NCBI GenBank assembly: GCA_046262455.1
Contig: JBHEMS010000044.1
Span: 1-60,458, forward strand
Length of the DNA stretch: 60,458 nt
From: Candidatus Dormibacteria bacterium
Lineage (GTDB): Bacteria; Chloroflexota; Dormibacteria; DASZGP01
Direction of reading: 5' to 3'
Part shown: positions 39,129 through 48,996 of the stretch, piece after piece
How positions within the stretch are numbered: the first letter of the stretch is position 1
How the letters are laid out: the number at the start of each line of letters is the position of its first letter
Made by a program: the position numbers and the translations under genes
Notes under the pieces: generated by a model
What the model was told of the DNA's origin: nothing
Databases searched by the model: none
What the model saw: the letters and a program-made list of their open reading frames with translations, nothing else

Positions 39129-40859
39129 ATGTCGAATGCTGTGCTCGCCCCCCTGCTGATCGCCGTGGCGGCAACCGTCACGGGCGTCCTGGTGCCGGCT
39201 CGCTCCCGCTGGAGCTGGGCGCTGGCAGCTGGGGGTGTCAGCCTGGCCGTGGTTGCGGACGCTGGAATCCTGCCGGCAGCGGCATTGCTGACCGGCGTCG
39301 CCGTCGCCACCGCCGCCGAGGGTCAGTCTGCCCGCCTGGTGCTTGACTTCAATGGCATCCTGGGGCGGCTGGCGGCGCTGGCCCTTGGTGTGTTCACCGC
39401 CCTCGTGGTGCTGGTGCGGTTCAGCTCGCTGGATGTCGGCGCCAACCTGCACGTGCTGTGCCTGCTCACCCTGGGGCTTGTCGCCGGCCTCTTCGTGATG
39501 GTGCGGCCCGGGCCGGCGGCTGAGGCACGCGCGGCACGCCTGGTGGTCGCGGTCGCCGCCGCGGGATGGGCGCTCACGGGTCATCGCGGCGTCGCCGCCG
39601 CCGCCGCCGCCAGCCTGGCGATGGTGGTGCTGGCAGTGGTCGCACGCCCGCTGGCGCTTCACGGGAAACGGCTGGCCGGCGCCGCCAACGCGCGAACGAC
39701 GGTCCTCATGGGCGCCCTTGTGGTCACCGCCATTTTGCTGCTTGTCCTGCCCGGGGGCGTGCTGGGGATCGGCGACGTGCCGGTCTCTCTCAACGGCCTG
39801 GCGCGACCGGCGGCCTGGATGGTGGTGTGGTCGCTTGCAGCCAGCCTCCTCGCCTCGGCGGCACTTCGGGAGCGCCTCGCAACGTCCTCGCTGCTGGTTG
39901 CCTGCGTGGCGCTGTCGCTCGTCGTTGTCCGCTTCCCCGTCGCGCAGGTCGGGGTCATGCTGATCGCGGCAATTGCCGTGCCACGCCTGGCGCCGGGACG
40001 GTCCGCGGCCGCCTGGTCACGCGTGCTGGTCGTCGGTGCCGCGGGGATTGCGGCCGTGCTTGCCGCGGGTTTCGGCGCGCGGCAGCACGGTGATGAGGCC
40101 CTCGTCACAGTCCTCGTGCTGGGGTTCGTCGCCGCCGCGGGGATGTATCCCTTCGGGATCCACGTGGTGCGCTGGATGGAGGCGGCCCCGCCGGCGCTCG
40201 CGGCCATGGTCAGCTCTACTTTGCTGGCGTCGGTCCTTGCCGCCCTGGTGGCCGCCGAACCCGCCCTCGCGGCGGCCCACGGTGGCCCGCGTCTCGGCCT
40301 CGTGCTGGGCCTGTTCGGAGGCCTCACGGCGATCCTGGGTGGGCTCCATGCGATGAACGCCACCGATTGGCGCGGACTGGCGCTTCGGACGACGCCCTGC
40401 GAGGTCGGGCTGGCGCTGGTGGGCGTGGCGTCATTCGACACCCGCGGCCTGCAGGGCGCGGCCCTCTGCCTCGCGGTTCTGGCGGTCACGCGGCCGGTCC
40501 TGCTCTACGCCGATGCGCTGGGACCGCGGCGGGGCGCCGGGCTGGTCCTCACGGCCCTGGCACTCCTGACGGCCGCGGGGCTGCCGCCGACGCTTGGGTT
40601 CCCGGCCCGGGTCCTGGTCCTGGGCGCGGCGACGCGCGTCTCGCCGGTCGTCGGTGCGGTGGCGGTTGCGGGCACCGTCCTCGAGGTGATGGCGATCGCG
40701 GTCGTCCTGCGGAGACGGCTGGCCCTCCCGGGCGGCGGCGTGGCTCCCGCCAATACCCACGCGGTCACCGCGCTGACCGCGGCCACGGCCCTGGTGGTGC
40801 TGGCCGGGGGGCTCTTTCCCGCCGCCCTGCTGGGGACCGTCTTCCAGGTCGGTGGCTAG
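39129..40859 (+). CDS. Highly diverged NuoN/MrpD-like antiporter-type membrane protein
   Basis: AGMYPF...W.EAAP, D.R.LA, AGLPPTLGFPAR, GGLFP..L. Confidence 0.65.
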   Translation: MSNAVLAPLLIAVAATVTGVLVPARSRWSWALAAGGVSLAVVADAGILPAAALLTGVAVATAAEGQSARLVLDFNGILGRLAALALGVFTALVVLVRFSSLDVGANLHVLCLLTLGLVAGLFVMVRPGPAAEARAARLVVAVAAAGWALTGHRGVAAAAAASLAMVVLAVVARPLALHGKRLAGAANARTTVLMGALVVTAILLLVLPGGVLGIGDVPVSLNGLARPAAWMVVWSLAASLLASAALRERLATSSLLVACVALSLVVVRFPVAQVGVMLIAAIAVPRLAPGRSAAAWSRVLVVGAAGIAAVLAAGFGARQHGDEALVTVLVLGFVAAAGMYPFGIHVVRWMEAAPPALAAMVSSTLLASVLAALVAAEPALAAAHGGPRLGLVLGLFGGLTAILGGLHAMNATDWRGLALRTTPCEVGLALVGVASFDTRGLQGAALCLAVLAVTRPVLLYADALGPRRGAGLVLTALALLTAAGLPPTLGFPARVLVLGAATRVSPVVGAVAVAGTVLEVMAIAVVLRRRLALPGGGVAPANTHAVTALTAATALVVLAGGLFPAALLGTVFQVGG

Positions 40860-40876
40860 GTCACTAGGATCTGGTC

Positions 40877-41125
40877 GTGAGCACGCGTCACCCGGTGGGC
40901 GTCCTGGTCCTGTTCCTGGTGGTGGGCGCGCTGCTGGGGAGCATCATCAACGAGGTGCTCTCCCCGGTGCTGCCCTTCCTCAAGGCCAGCGCCGGCGGAG
41001 GGATATCGCCACCCGCAACGCTCAACCTGCCGCCCATCACCTTCACCCTGGGGTTCACCATCCGCCTGACCCTGGGCACCGCCATCGGGCTGATCCTCGG
41101 GCTGGTCGCCTACAAGCGCTTCTGA
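40877..41125 (+). CDS. DUF4321 family small membrane protein
   Basis: LVVGALLGSII.E.L, TLNL...TFTLGFTIRL...IG; position before maf-mreB. Confidence 0.8.
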   Translation: MSTRHPVGVLVLFLVVGALLGSIINEVLSPVLPFLKASAGGGISPPATLNLPPITFTLGFTIRLTLGTAIGLILGLVAYKRF

Positions 41126-41709
41126 GCCGGCCGCTGATCCTCGCGTCGGCGTCGCCGCGGCGTCGCGAGCTCCTGCAGGGGGCGGGCGTCTCCTTCGAGG
41201 TCGAGGTCTCCAGGTTCGATGAGGTGTCGCTGAGCAACCTTCCGCCCCTGACCCACGCCCGCACGGCCGCGCGTGGCAAGGCGCTGGAGGTGGCGCGGCG
41301 CCACGTCGGGCGGTGGGTGCTGGCGGCGGATACCGTCGTCGCGCTCGATGGCCAGACGCTGGGCAAGCCCCGCGACGGCGTCGAGGCCATCGCGATGCTC
41401 AAGCGCCTCTCCGGCCGAGAGCACGCGGTCATCACTGCCGTGTGCCTGGTGGCGCCTGACGGGCGTGCGGCCAGCGGCCATGGGCGCAGCGTGGTGGCGT
41501 TCCAGCCGCTCGACCACGCGGCCATCGCGGACTACGTCGCCGGGGGCGAGCCGCGGGACAAGGCGGGCGCCTATGCGATCCAGGGGGAGGCAGGTGAGTT
41601 CGTCGGGCTCGTGAGTGGCGCATTCGACACCGTTGTCGGCCTGCCGCTGCACGTTGTCGCCAGGGTGGGTCGGGAGCTCGCCTGTTCGCTCCTGGTCAAC
41701 TCGGGATGA
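41122..41709 (+). CDS. maf: Maf family nucleoside triphosphate pyrophosphatase (probable CTG start)
   Basis: LILASASPRRRELL, KA, ADTVV, GKP, DKAGAYAIQG, VVGLP. Confidence 0.92.
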   Translation: MSRPLILASASPRRRELLQGAGVSFEVEVSRFDEVSLSNLPPLTHARTAARGKALEVARRHVGRWVLAADTVVALDGQTLGKPRDGVEAIAMLKRLSGREHAVITAVCLVAPDGRAASGHGRSVVAFQPLDHAAIADYVAGGEPRDKAGAYAIQGEAGEFVGLVSGAFDTVVGLPLHVVARVGRELACSLLVNSG

Positions 41710-41788
41710 ACCATTGACTTTGGTAGGCTCCCCAATCTTGACTGGAGCGAGAAACCGCCCGCGCCCGGGCCGGCCGGCAGTCCACTAG

Positions 41789-42844
41789 ATGGGCGCGATC
41801 GACAGTGTCCTCGGACTCTGGTCCTCGGACATGGGGATCGACCTCGGCACCGCCAATACGCTGGTTCACGTGCGCGGCCGCGGAATCGTGCTGAACGAGC
41901 CCTCGGTGGTCGCCATGTCGAAGCCCAACAACGTGGTGCTCTCGGTGGGCAGCGAGGCGCGCAAGATGCTTGGCCGCACCCCCGCTGACATCGTCGCGAT
42001 GCGCCCCCTCAAGGACGGTGTGATCGCGGATTTCGACGTGACCGAACAGATGATCAAGTACTTCATCGCCAAGGTCCACAACCGGAGCTGGCACATCAGC
42101 CGGCCGCGCACCGTGCTCGGCGTGCCGAGCGGGGTGACCGAGGTCGAGAAGCGGGCGGTCACCGACGCCGCCATCCATGCCGGCTGCCGCGAGGCCTACC
42201 TCGTGGAGGAGCCCATGGCCGCCGCGATCGGCGCCGGGTTGCCCATCCAGGAGGCCACCGGTTCCATGATCGTGGACATTGGCGGTGGCACCAGCGAGGT
42301 GGCGGTCGTGTCGCTGGGCGGCATCGTCGCCAGCAAGTCGATCCGCATCGGTGGCGACGAGATGGACCAGGCCATCGTGCAGTTCGTCCGGCGCAACTTC
42401 AACCTCCTGATCGGCGACCGCACCGCCGAGGACATCAAGATCGCCATGGGGTCCGCCTACCCGCTGCCCGAGGACAAGAAGTTCCACGTCCGGGGACGGG
42501 ACCTGATGACAGGCCTGCCCAAGACGGTTGAGATGACCACGATCCAGGTCCGTGAGGCGCTGTCCGAGACGGTTGCGGCGATCGTGACGACCGTCAAGGA
42601 GACCCTGGAGGAGACGCCGCCGGAGCTGATCACCGACATCATGGACCGCGGTGTGATCCTTGCCGGCGGCGGGGCGCTGCTGCGGGGGCTGGACGAGCTC
42701 CTGGCCCACGAGACCATGATGCCGGTGTACGTTGCAGAGGATCCCCTGACCACCGTCGTTCGTGGTACCGGGCTGGTGCTCGAGGAGCTCAGCACGCTCA
42801 AGCGGGTGGTGATCACCTCCCAGAAGGCCAAGGCGCTTCGCTGA
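41789..42844 (+). CDS. mreB: Rod shape-determining actin MreB
   Basis: IDLGTAN, EPMAAAIGAG, VDIGGGT, GGGALL. Confidence 0.97.
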   Translation: MGAIDSVLGLWSSDMGIDLGTANTLVHVRGRGIVLNEPSVVAMSKPNNVVLSVGSEARKMLGRTPADIVAMRPLKDGVIADFDVTEQMIKYFIAKVHNRSWHISRPRTVLGVPSGVTEVEKRAVTDAAIHAGCREAYLVEEPMAAAIGAGLPIQEATGSMIVDIGGGTSEVAVVSLGGIVASKSIRIGGDEMDQAIVQFVRRNFNLLIGDRTAEDIKIAMGSAYPLPEDKKFHVRGRDLMTGLPKTVEMTTIQVREALSETVAAIVTTVKETLEETPPELITDIMDRGVILAGGGALLRGLDELLAHETMMPVYVAEDPLTTVVRGTGLVLEELSTLKRVVITSQKAKALR

Positions 42845-42876
42845 GGTCTTAATCGGGCGCTGCTAACCTCGCTCTG

Positions 42877-43707
42877 ATGATGCGGCGAGGCTCGCAGATG
42901 CGGGCCACTTCGTACTTTGTCGTCGCGGTCGCCCTGGCCATCGTTCTGATCAGCGTCGGAGACAACCTGCGCTTTGGCGTGCTCCGGGGGGCGGCGGCGA
43001 CGGTGGTGGAGCCCTTGCAGGCAGTCCTGGCCGGCACTGGTAACGGCATCCACGGGTTCTTTGGTTCTTTCACGTCCTTCGGGGACACCGCGCAGGAGAA
43101 CAAGCGCCTCCGCGAGCGGGTTGCCGAACTGGAGCGGCAGCTGGCCACCCAGCGCCAGCTGGAGGTCACGGACAGGCAGCTGAAGGCCTCGTTGGGGCTG
43201 CGCGACACACTGCAGCTGCACACGGTCGCCGCGACCATCATCGCCCAGGACCCGGAGCGGCTGAGCCAGTCCGTGACCATCGACGTGGGCACCCGGCGAG
43301 GTGTGAGAAAGGGGATGGCGGTACTCGGTCAGCGCGGGCTGGTGGGCAAGGTGGTGGCGGTCCAGTCCAATGCCGCCCAGGTGCGGCTGATCACCGACCC
43401 GTTGCTACCGGTGAACGTAGAGCTCGCCTCGAGTCACCTGCCGGGCACCCTGCGGGTCACCAACGACCGCATGACGGTCCAGCTGCTGGGGGCTCCCACC
43501 GCCCTCAAGTTGAGCCCGGGCGAAGTGCTTGTGACCTCCGGCCTCGGGGGCAACTTCCCGAAGGGGCTGCCCGTCGCAGAGCTCGTCAGCTTCAGGTATC
43601 AGCCCTATGGCGTCACCCAGGTAGCTGAGGCAACCCCCCTGGACGCCCTCGCTCACATCGAATACCTGATGGTGGACACCGACTTTGTTCCCCAGGGCGG
43701 ACAGTGA
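42877..43707 (+). CDS. mreC: Rod shape-determining protein MreC
   Basis: TM helix, coiled coil ENKRLR, GLVGKV, VTSGLGG.FP.GL. Confidence 0.92.
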   Translation: MMRRGSQMRATSYFVVAVALAIVLISVGDNLRFGVLRGAAATVVEPLQAVLAGTGNGIHGFFGSFTSFGDTAQENKRLRERVAELERQLATQRQLEVTDRQLKASLGLRDTLQLHTVAATIIAQDPERLSQSVTIDVGTRRGVRKGMAVLGQRGLVGKVVAVQSNAAQVRLITDPLLPVNVELASSHLPGTLRVTNDRMTVQLLGAPTALKLSPGEVLVTSGLGGNFPKGLPVAELVSFRYQPYGVTQVAEATPLDALAHIEYLMVDTDFVPQGGQ

Positions 43708-44207
43708 GCGCCTGGGCCTGGGTGCCGATACTGGTGCTGATCTCACTCATGCAAACCTCCCTGGTGCCGGGGATGGAGGTGGGCCCCGCGGCTCCCCAGC
43801 TGGTGCTGGTCTGGGTCCTCTGCTGGGCGGTGATCAGGGGCCGCAGCGAGGCCATGCCCTGGGCCATCGCCGGCGGCCTGGCCCTCGACCTGCTGTCGCA
43901 GATGCCTCCCGGCGCGCACCTGCTGGCGCTGACAATCGTCACCTACCTGGCCGATCTCGGGCACCGCGTGATGCAGGGCAGCACGGCCCTGTTCGCGGGC
44001 GCCGCGATCTTCGCCGGGTCGCTGGTCTACGGGCTCATCCTCCTGGGTGCCCTGGCGGTCGCCGGTCGTCGCCCTGATATCGCTTCAGCGACGGTCCTCG
44101 GCGTTGTGCCGGGGGCCCTCTACAACCTGGTCGCCCTGGTGCCGATTTTTCTCGTGTTGAGGGGCGTGGATCGCCGGTTCCCGGTCTCGGTCCTGCCTGC
44201 CTGGTGA
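43704..44207 (+). CDS. mreD: Rod shape-determining protein MreD
   Basis: Hydrophobic, GLALDLLS; lies between mreC and mrdA with GTGA overlaps. Confidence 0.88.
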   Translation: MSAWAWVPILVLISLMQTSLVPGMEVGPAAPQLVLVWVLCWAVIRGRSEAMPWAIAGGLALDLLSQMPPGAHLLALTIVTYLADLGHRVMQGSTALFAGAAIFAGSLVYGLILLGALAVAGRRPDIASATVLGVVPGALYNLVALVPIFLVLRGVDRRFPVSVLPAW

Positions 44208-46207
44208 GCCGCAAGCGCAGGATCATTGATCCGCTGAATCCCCGGCCCCGCCTGCCCGACCCGGCTCGTGTCGCCGAGGACCCGTTCGCGCCGCGCTCGG
44301 TTCGCCGGCAGAACATCGCCCCGCCACTGTCGCCACGGCTGCTTGTTTTCGCCGCCGCGCTGGGAGCCGCCTTCCTGTACCTGGGCTTCAACCTTTACCA
44401 GCTGCAGGTGGCCCAAGGGTCGCACTTCTCCGCCCTGGCGGAGGGCAACAGGGTGCGCGAGGAGACGCTCGTGCCGCCGCGCGGCATCATCTTCGACCGC
44501 CACGGCAAGCAGCTGGTCATCAACCAGGCCAGCTTCGCGGTCACCGTGGTGCCCTTCGACCTCCCCAGGGCCCCCACCACGCGCAGCCAGGAGCTGGCGT
44601 TACTGGAGCGGCTGGTCGGCATGGCTCCCGCCGAGGTGGAGCGACTTGTGGCGCTGCACAAGTCGGCGCCCTTCCAACCGGTCACGCTGAAGAAGAACCT
44701 CGACCAGGCAACCTACCAGGCGCTCCAGGAGAACATCCCCCAGATGCCCGGCGTGCAGGTAACCACCGAGACCACGCGTCACTACCTGGACGGCGCCGCC
44801 CTCTCGCACCTACTGGGCTACGTGGGCAAGCTCGACCCCCAGGAGTACAAGGACACCCGGGCCCACGGTTACTTGCTGGACGACCAGATCGGCAAGACGG
44901 GCCTGGAATTTGCCTATGAGAAGTACCTCCGGGGCACTGACGGCCAGCAGGTCATCGAAACGGATGCCCAGGGGCGCCTGGTGCGCACCATCTCATCCAC
45001 CGCTGCAACACCGGGTGACAACGTCTACCTGAGCATCGACCTCGAGTTCCAGAAGTACGTCGTTCAGCAGCTCCAGGCCCAGATCGACCAGCAGCACAAG
45101 AAGCTCGGGGGAAAGCTGGCGCAGGCCGGCGCGGCGATTGTGGAGAATCCTCAGACCGGGGAGATCTACAGCATGGCCAGCCTGCCGGATTACAACCTCA
45201 ACCAGTTCGCCGGTGGGATCACGAGCGCTGACTACTCCGCCCTCACCGCCGATTCTCGGTTGCCGCTCCTCGATCGCGCCATCCAGGGACAGTACCCGCC
45301 CGGGTCGACCTTCAAAACGGTGACAGGGGCGGCGGCCCTGCAGGCCGGCATCGCCAACCGGGGCACCAACATCACCTGCCCGGGGTTCCTCCAGCGTGGG
45401 ACCACGCGCTTCGGCTGCTGGAACGCCGGGGGGCATGGTCCGCAGAACATGGTCCAGGCCATCGCCCACTCTTGCGACGTTTTCTTCTACACCGTCGCAG
45501 ACCAGATGGGCGACTCGATCCTCAGCAAATTCGCCAAGGATTTCGGTGTCGGCCGGCGCACCGGCATAGAGCTCGGGGGCGAGGCCAAGGGCATCGCTCC
45601 CAACGCTGACTGGAAGAAGAAGTATTTCGAACAGGCATTCCAGGAGACCGGCGACCCGGCGTGGAAGGACAGCTACTGGTACGAGGGCAACACCATCACC
45701 TACGGCATCGGGCAGAGTTACCTGCTGGTGACCCCCCTGCAGGACCTGCAGTGGACATCCACGGTGGCCAACGGGGGCAACTACCTGCGGCCCCAGCTCG
45801 GCAACCGCGTCGTCGACCAGCGCGGGGCCACCGTCAAACCTTTCAGCACCGTCGTCGATCACAGAGTGGCGGTCAGCCCCGAGGCGCTGGCACTGCTCCG
45901 TGAGGGTCTGCGCTCGGCGGCCTCTACGGGTGGCACCTCGGGGTCCGTGTTCGCCAGCCACAAGGACATCCCTCAGCCCAGCGGGAAGACCGGCACCGCG
46001 GAGTACGGGGTGCCTGACGCCAAGGGCAACTTCCCGCTTCACTCGTGGTTTGTGACCTACGCGCCCTCGGACAACCCGGAGATCGCCGTGATCGTGTTTA
46101 TCGAAGGCGGCGGCGAGGGCCACGAGGGCGCGCTGCCGGCGGCGGCCAACATCATGAGCTACTACTTCGCCCACCGCGACCAGCTTCGCGGGACGGCGAA
46201 CCAGTGA
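44204..46207 (+). CDS. mrdA: Penicillin-binding protein 2
   Basis: RG.IFDR, GK.GLE, PGSTFK (SxxK), SCD (SxN-like), GKTGTAE. Confidence 0.95.
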   Translation: MSRKRRIIDPLNPRPRLPDPARVAEDPFAPRSVRRQNIAPPLSPRLLVFAAALGAAFLYLGFNLYQLQVAQGSHFSALAEGNRVREETLVPPRGIIFDRHGKQLVINQASFAVTVVPFDLPRAPTTRSQELALLERLVGMAPAEVERLVALHKSAPFQPVTLKKNLDQATYQALQENIPQMPGVQVTTETTRHYLDGAALSHLLGYVGKLDPQEYKDTRAHGYLLDDQIGKTGLEFAYEKYLRGTDGQQVIETDAQGRLVRTISSTAATPGDNVYLSIDLEFQKYVVQQLQAQIDQQHKKLGGKLAQAGAAIVENPQTGEIYSMASLPDYNLNQFAGGITSADYSALTADSRLPLLDRAIQGQYPPGSTFKTVTGAAALQAGIANRGTNITCPGFLQRGTTRFGCWNAGGHGPQNMVQAIAHSCDVFFYTVADQMGDSILSKFAKDFGVGRRTGIELGGEAKGIAPNADWKKKYFEQAFQETGDPAWKDSYWYEGNTITYGIGQSYLLVTPLQDLQWTSTVANGGNYLRPQLGNRVVDQRGATVKPFSTVVDHRVAVSPEALALLREGLRSAASTGGTSGSVFASHKDIPQPSGKTGTAEYGVPDAKGNFPLHSWFVTYAPSDNPEIAVIVFIEGGGEGHEGALPAAANIMSYYFAHRDQLRGTANQ

Positions 46208-46220
46208 CGGTACCGGACGA

Positions 46221-47333
46221 GTGAGCTCCGCGATGTCCCTGCCCCAGGAGCGCGGCAGCGTCTTTCGCCAGTACGACTTTGTGCTGACAATCTTCCTGCT
46301 GATGGTGCTGGCGCTGGGCACCGCCGCGATCTTCAGCGCCTCCGGCGCGCGTCGCGTGGAGTTCGTCCACCAGGTCATCTACATCGGCCTGGGCGTCGCG
46401 GTCCTGACCTACTTCGCGTTCAGCGACTACCGTTCACTGGGGCGGCTCTACGGGTTGACGTACCTCGTGATGATGCTGCTCCTGGTGCTGGTGCGGGTTG
46501 CCGGGCACCAGGCGCTGGGGGCGCAGCGGTGGATCTACCTGGGCTTCTTCGAACTCCAGGCGTCGGAGATCTCCAAGCTCCTGGTGATCATCGTCCTCGC
46601 ACGCTTCTTCTACGAACGGCAGCCCAAGATCACCAGCTTCTCCACCTACGCGGTGGGGTTGGCCCTCATGGCGCCACCGACCGTGCTGATCCTGGCTCAG
46701 CCCGACCTTGGCACCGCCATCGTTTTCATCGCGCTCTTCTTCGGCATGGCCTACATGGCAGGGGTGCGCGCACGTTACATGCTGGGCACGATCCTGCTCA
46801 CCGCCGCCGCGCTTCCCGTGCTCATCAACCGCCTGCACGGTTACCAGCGAAATCGCCTGGTCACCTTTTTCAACCCCGGCGCGGACCCGCAGGGCGCCGG
46901 CTACAACATCCTGCAGGCGAAGATCGCGGTCGGCTCAGGGGGCTTTTTCGGCAAGGGGTTCCTGACCGGGACGCAGGGCCAGCTGGGCTTTGTGCCCAGC
47001 CGGGTCACGGACTTCATCTTCGCGATCTTCAGCGAGGAGTGGGGCTTCATCGGCGCGATCATCCTGCTCGCACTGTTCACCGTCGTGCTGCTGCGCGTGC
47101 TCCGCGCCTCGCACCTGGCGCGCGACGGCTTCGGCACGCTACTGGCGTTTGGAGTCGGGACGATGATCCTGTTCCAGGTGGTGGTCAACGTGGGCATGAA
47201 CCTGGGGGTGATGCCGGTCGTGGGCATCCCGTTACCGTTCATCTCGTACGGGGGTAGTTCGATGCTGACCAACATGGCGGCAATCGGCATCGTGCAATCC
47301 ATCCTTGTCCACCACAAGGACTTAATGTTCTAG
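46221..47333 (+). CDS. rodA: SEDS peptidoglycan polymerase RodA
   Basis: GAQRWI, Q.SE..K, QPDLGT, TDFIF, GIPLPFISYGGSS. Confidence 0.95.
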   Translation: MSSAMSLPQERGSVFRQYDFVLTIFLLMVLALGTAAIFSASGARRVEFVHQVIYIGLGVAVLTYFAFSDYRSLGRLYGLTYLVMMLLLVLVRVAGHQALGAQRWIYLGFFELQASEISKLLVIIVLARFFYERQPKITSFSTYAVGLALMAPPTVLILAQPDLGTAIVFIALFFGMAYMAGVRARYMLGTILLTAAALPVLINRLHGYQRNRLVTFFNPGADPQGAGYNILQAKIAVGSGGFFGKGFLTGTQGQLGFVPSRVTDFIFAIFSEEWGFIGAIILLALFTVVLLRVLRASHLARDGFGTLLAFGVGTMILFQVVVNVGMNLGVMPVVGIPLPFISYGGSSMLTNMAAIGIVQSILVHHKDLMF

Positions 47334-47349
47334 TGCCACTAGGCCACCC

Positions 47350-48261
47350 GTGAGACCGGTCTGCCCGTTCCTGATCGGCCTGTTTGCCGCGGCCTTCGCG
47401 CTGCCCTCATGCAGCATCATCCAGGCGCCCATCAGCCTGACGATGTCGCAGTTGGACTGTGGCAGCGTGGCCTGCGGGCTCGACCCCAAGTCGGCGCCCA
47501 AGGACTTCAAGACCATTCTCATCACCGTCAACAACCCGTCAAACGCGATCGCCCGCGGCGTGACGCTGCGCGACACGCTTCCACCGGGGTTCGCCTACGT
47601 GAGCACGAAGGCGCTGGGGGGGAACGCGATCCGCACCCAGACGCAGGACCCGCCCATCAACTCCCCGGTGCCCACCTGGGGCAGCTGGAGCATCCCCGAG
47701 GGCACAGCCAAGAAGCCGTCCCAGCTGACGCTAGAGTTCGTCGTCGCAGTGGGGGCCAGCCCGGGGAAGTCACCGAACTTCGTCGAGATCGCCGCCGACA
47801 ACGCTGACCCCGCGGCCGCCACCCCCCTGGTCCTTGCCGTCCAGCCGACCGCCCTGGTCGACATCCAGGTCTCGGCCCACAGCCCGGCCGCGCCGGGGAG
47901 CACCGTCCGATACAACATCCTGGTGCGCAACAGTGGGACCGCGGGGGCCCGCCACACGTTCATCTCCGCGGCGCTTCCCAGCGGGTTTACCTACGTCGGG
48001 ACCACGCAGATTTCCGGCAACTCCTTTCGCGAAGGCGTGACCGACCCGCTGGGCAGCAGCCTGCTCCCGTCGTGGGGGACATGGACGGTGCCCCCGAAGC
48101 AGGAGGGCGGCCAGCCGGGGGCTCTCAGCATCGCCTTCGACGCCAGGGTTGTCCCCGATGAGCTTCCCGGCAGCTACCCCATCAGCGTCACCATCACCTA
48201 CAACAATTTGCCCGCCCAGACGGTCAGCGACCAGGCCCAGGTGACGATCGTCAGGAAATAG
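47350..48261 (+). CDS. Lipoprotein with two DUF11-like Ig-fold repeats
   Basis: LPSC lipobox; repeated I.V.N...A....D/A.LP.GF.YV.T...GN..R....DP...S..P.WG.W..P. Confidence 0.75.
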   Translation: MRPVCPFLIGLFAAAFALPSCSIIQAPISLTMSQLDCGSVACGLDPKSAPKDFKTILITVNNPSNAIARGVTLRDTLPPGFAYVSTKALGGNAIRTQTQDPPINSPVPTWGSWSIPEGTAKKPSQLTLEFVVAVGASPGKSPNFVEIAADNADPAAATPLVLAVQPTALVDIQVSAHSPAAPGSTVRYNILVRNSGTAGARHTFISAALPSGFTYVGTTQISGNSFREGVTDPLGSSLLPSWGTWTVPPKQEGGQPGALSIAFDARVVPDELPGSYPISVTITYNNLPAQTVSDQAQVTIVRK

Positions 48262-48328
48262 CTCTGCTAATATTCCTGCTCGCGCCAGCTGCGATCACGC
48301 ACGCTCAGCGGCAGGCGCCCTTGAAGCT

Positions 48329-48697
48329 ATGGAAGCAATTGTCAGGATCAGCGGCAAGCAGTACCGCGTGGCCGAAGGGCAGCGCGTTACCGTCGATCGC
48401 CTCGGCACGCCCGTGGGCGACGAGGTGAAGTTCGAAGAGGTTCTGTTGCTCGCTGACGGGAACAACACCAGCATCGGCACCCCGGTGGTCGATGGTGCCC
48501 TGGTCACCGCCCGCGTCGTCGCGGCGACCCGCGGGCCCAAGATCGTGGTCTTCAAGTACAAGGCGAAGAAGCGCTACCGCCGCACGCACGGTGCCCGCGC
48601 CGACCAGAGCCTGCTCGAGGTGGTCTCGGTAAGAGGCCCTGGGAGCAGGAAGAAGTCCGAGCCGGCGGCCGCGCCCGCCGAGGCGCCAGGGACCTAG
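48329..48697 (+). CDS. rplU: 50S ribosomal protein L21
   Basis: [20 protein letters not shown]. Confidence 0.95.
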   Translation: MEAIVRISGKQYRVAEGQRVTVDRLGTPVGDEVKFEEVLLLADGNNTSIGTPVVDGALVTARVVAATRGPKIVVFKYKAKKRYRRTHGARADQSLLEVVSVRGPGSRKKSEPAAAPAEAPGT

Positions 48698-48699
48698 AC

Positions 48700-48993
48700 A
48701 TGGCCCACAAGAAAGGTGGCGGCAGCTCGCGCAACGGGCGCGACAGCAACGCCCAGCGCCTGGGCGTCAAGCGTTATGGCGGCGAGTTGGTCAAGGGTGG
48801 CGAGATCATCGTTCGCCAGAAGGGGACCAATTTCCATCCCGGCGAGAACGTCGGCTTGGGTCGCGACTACACCCTCTTCGCGCTGGCACCCGGGCTCGTC
48901 AAGTTCACCGAGTTTGGCGGGGGCAAGAAGCGTGTGAGCATCCTGCCGGCCCAGGCCCAGGAACCCGCCCTGCAGGAAGCCGCAGCAAAGTAG
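48700..48993 (+). CDS. rpmA: 50S ribosomal protein L27
   Basis: [24 protein letters not shown]. Confidence 0.97.
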   Translation: MAHKKGGGSSRNGRDSNAQRLGVKRYGGELVKGGEIIVRQKGTNFHPGENVGLGRDYTLFALAPGLVKFTEFGGGKKRVSILPAQAQEPALQEAAAK

Positions 48994-48996
48994 CCC

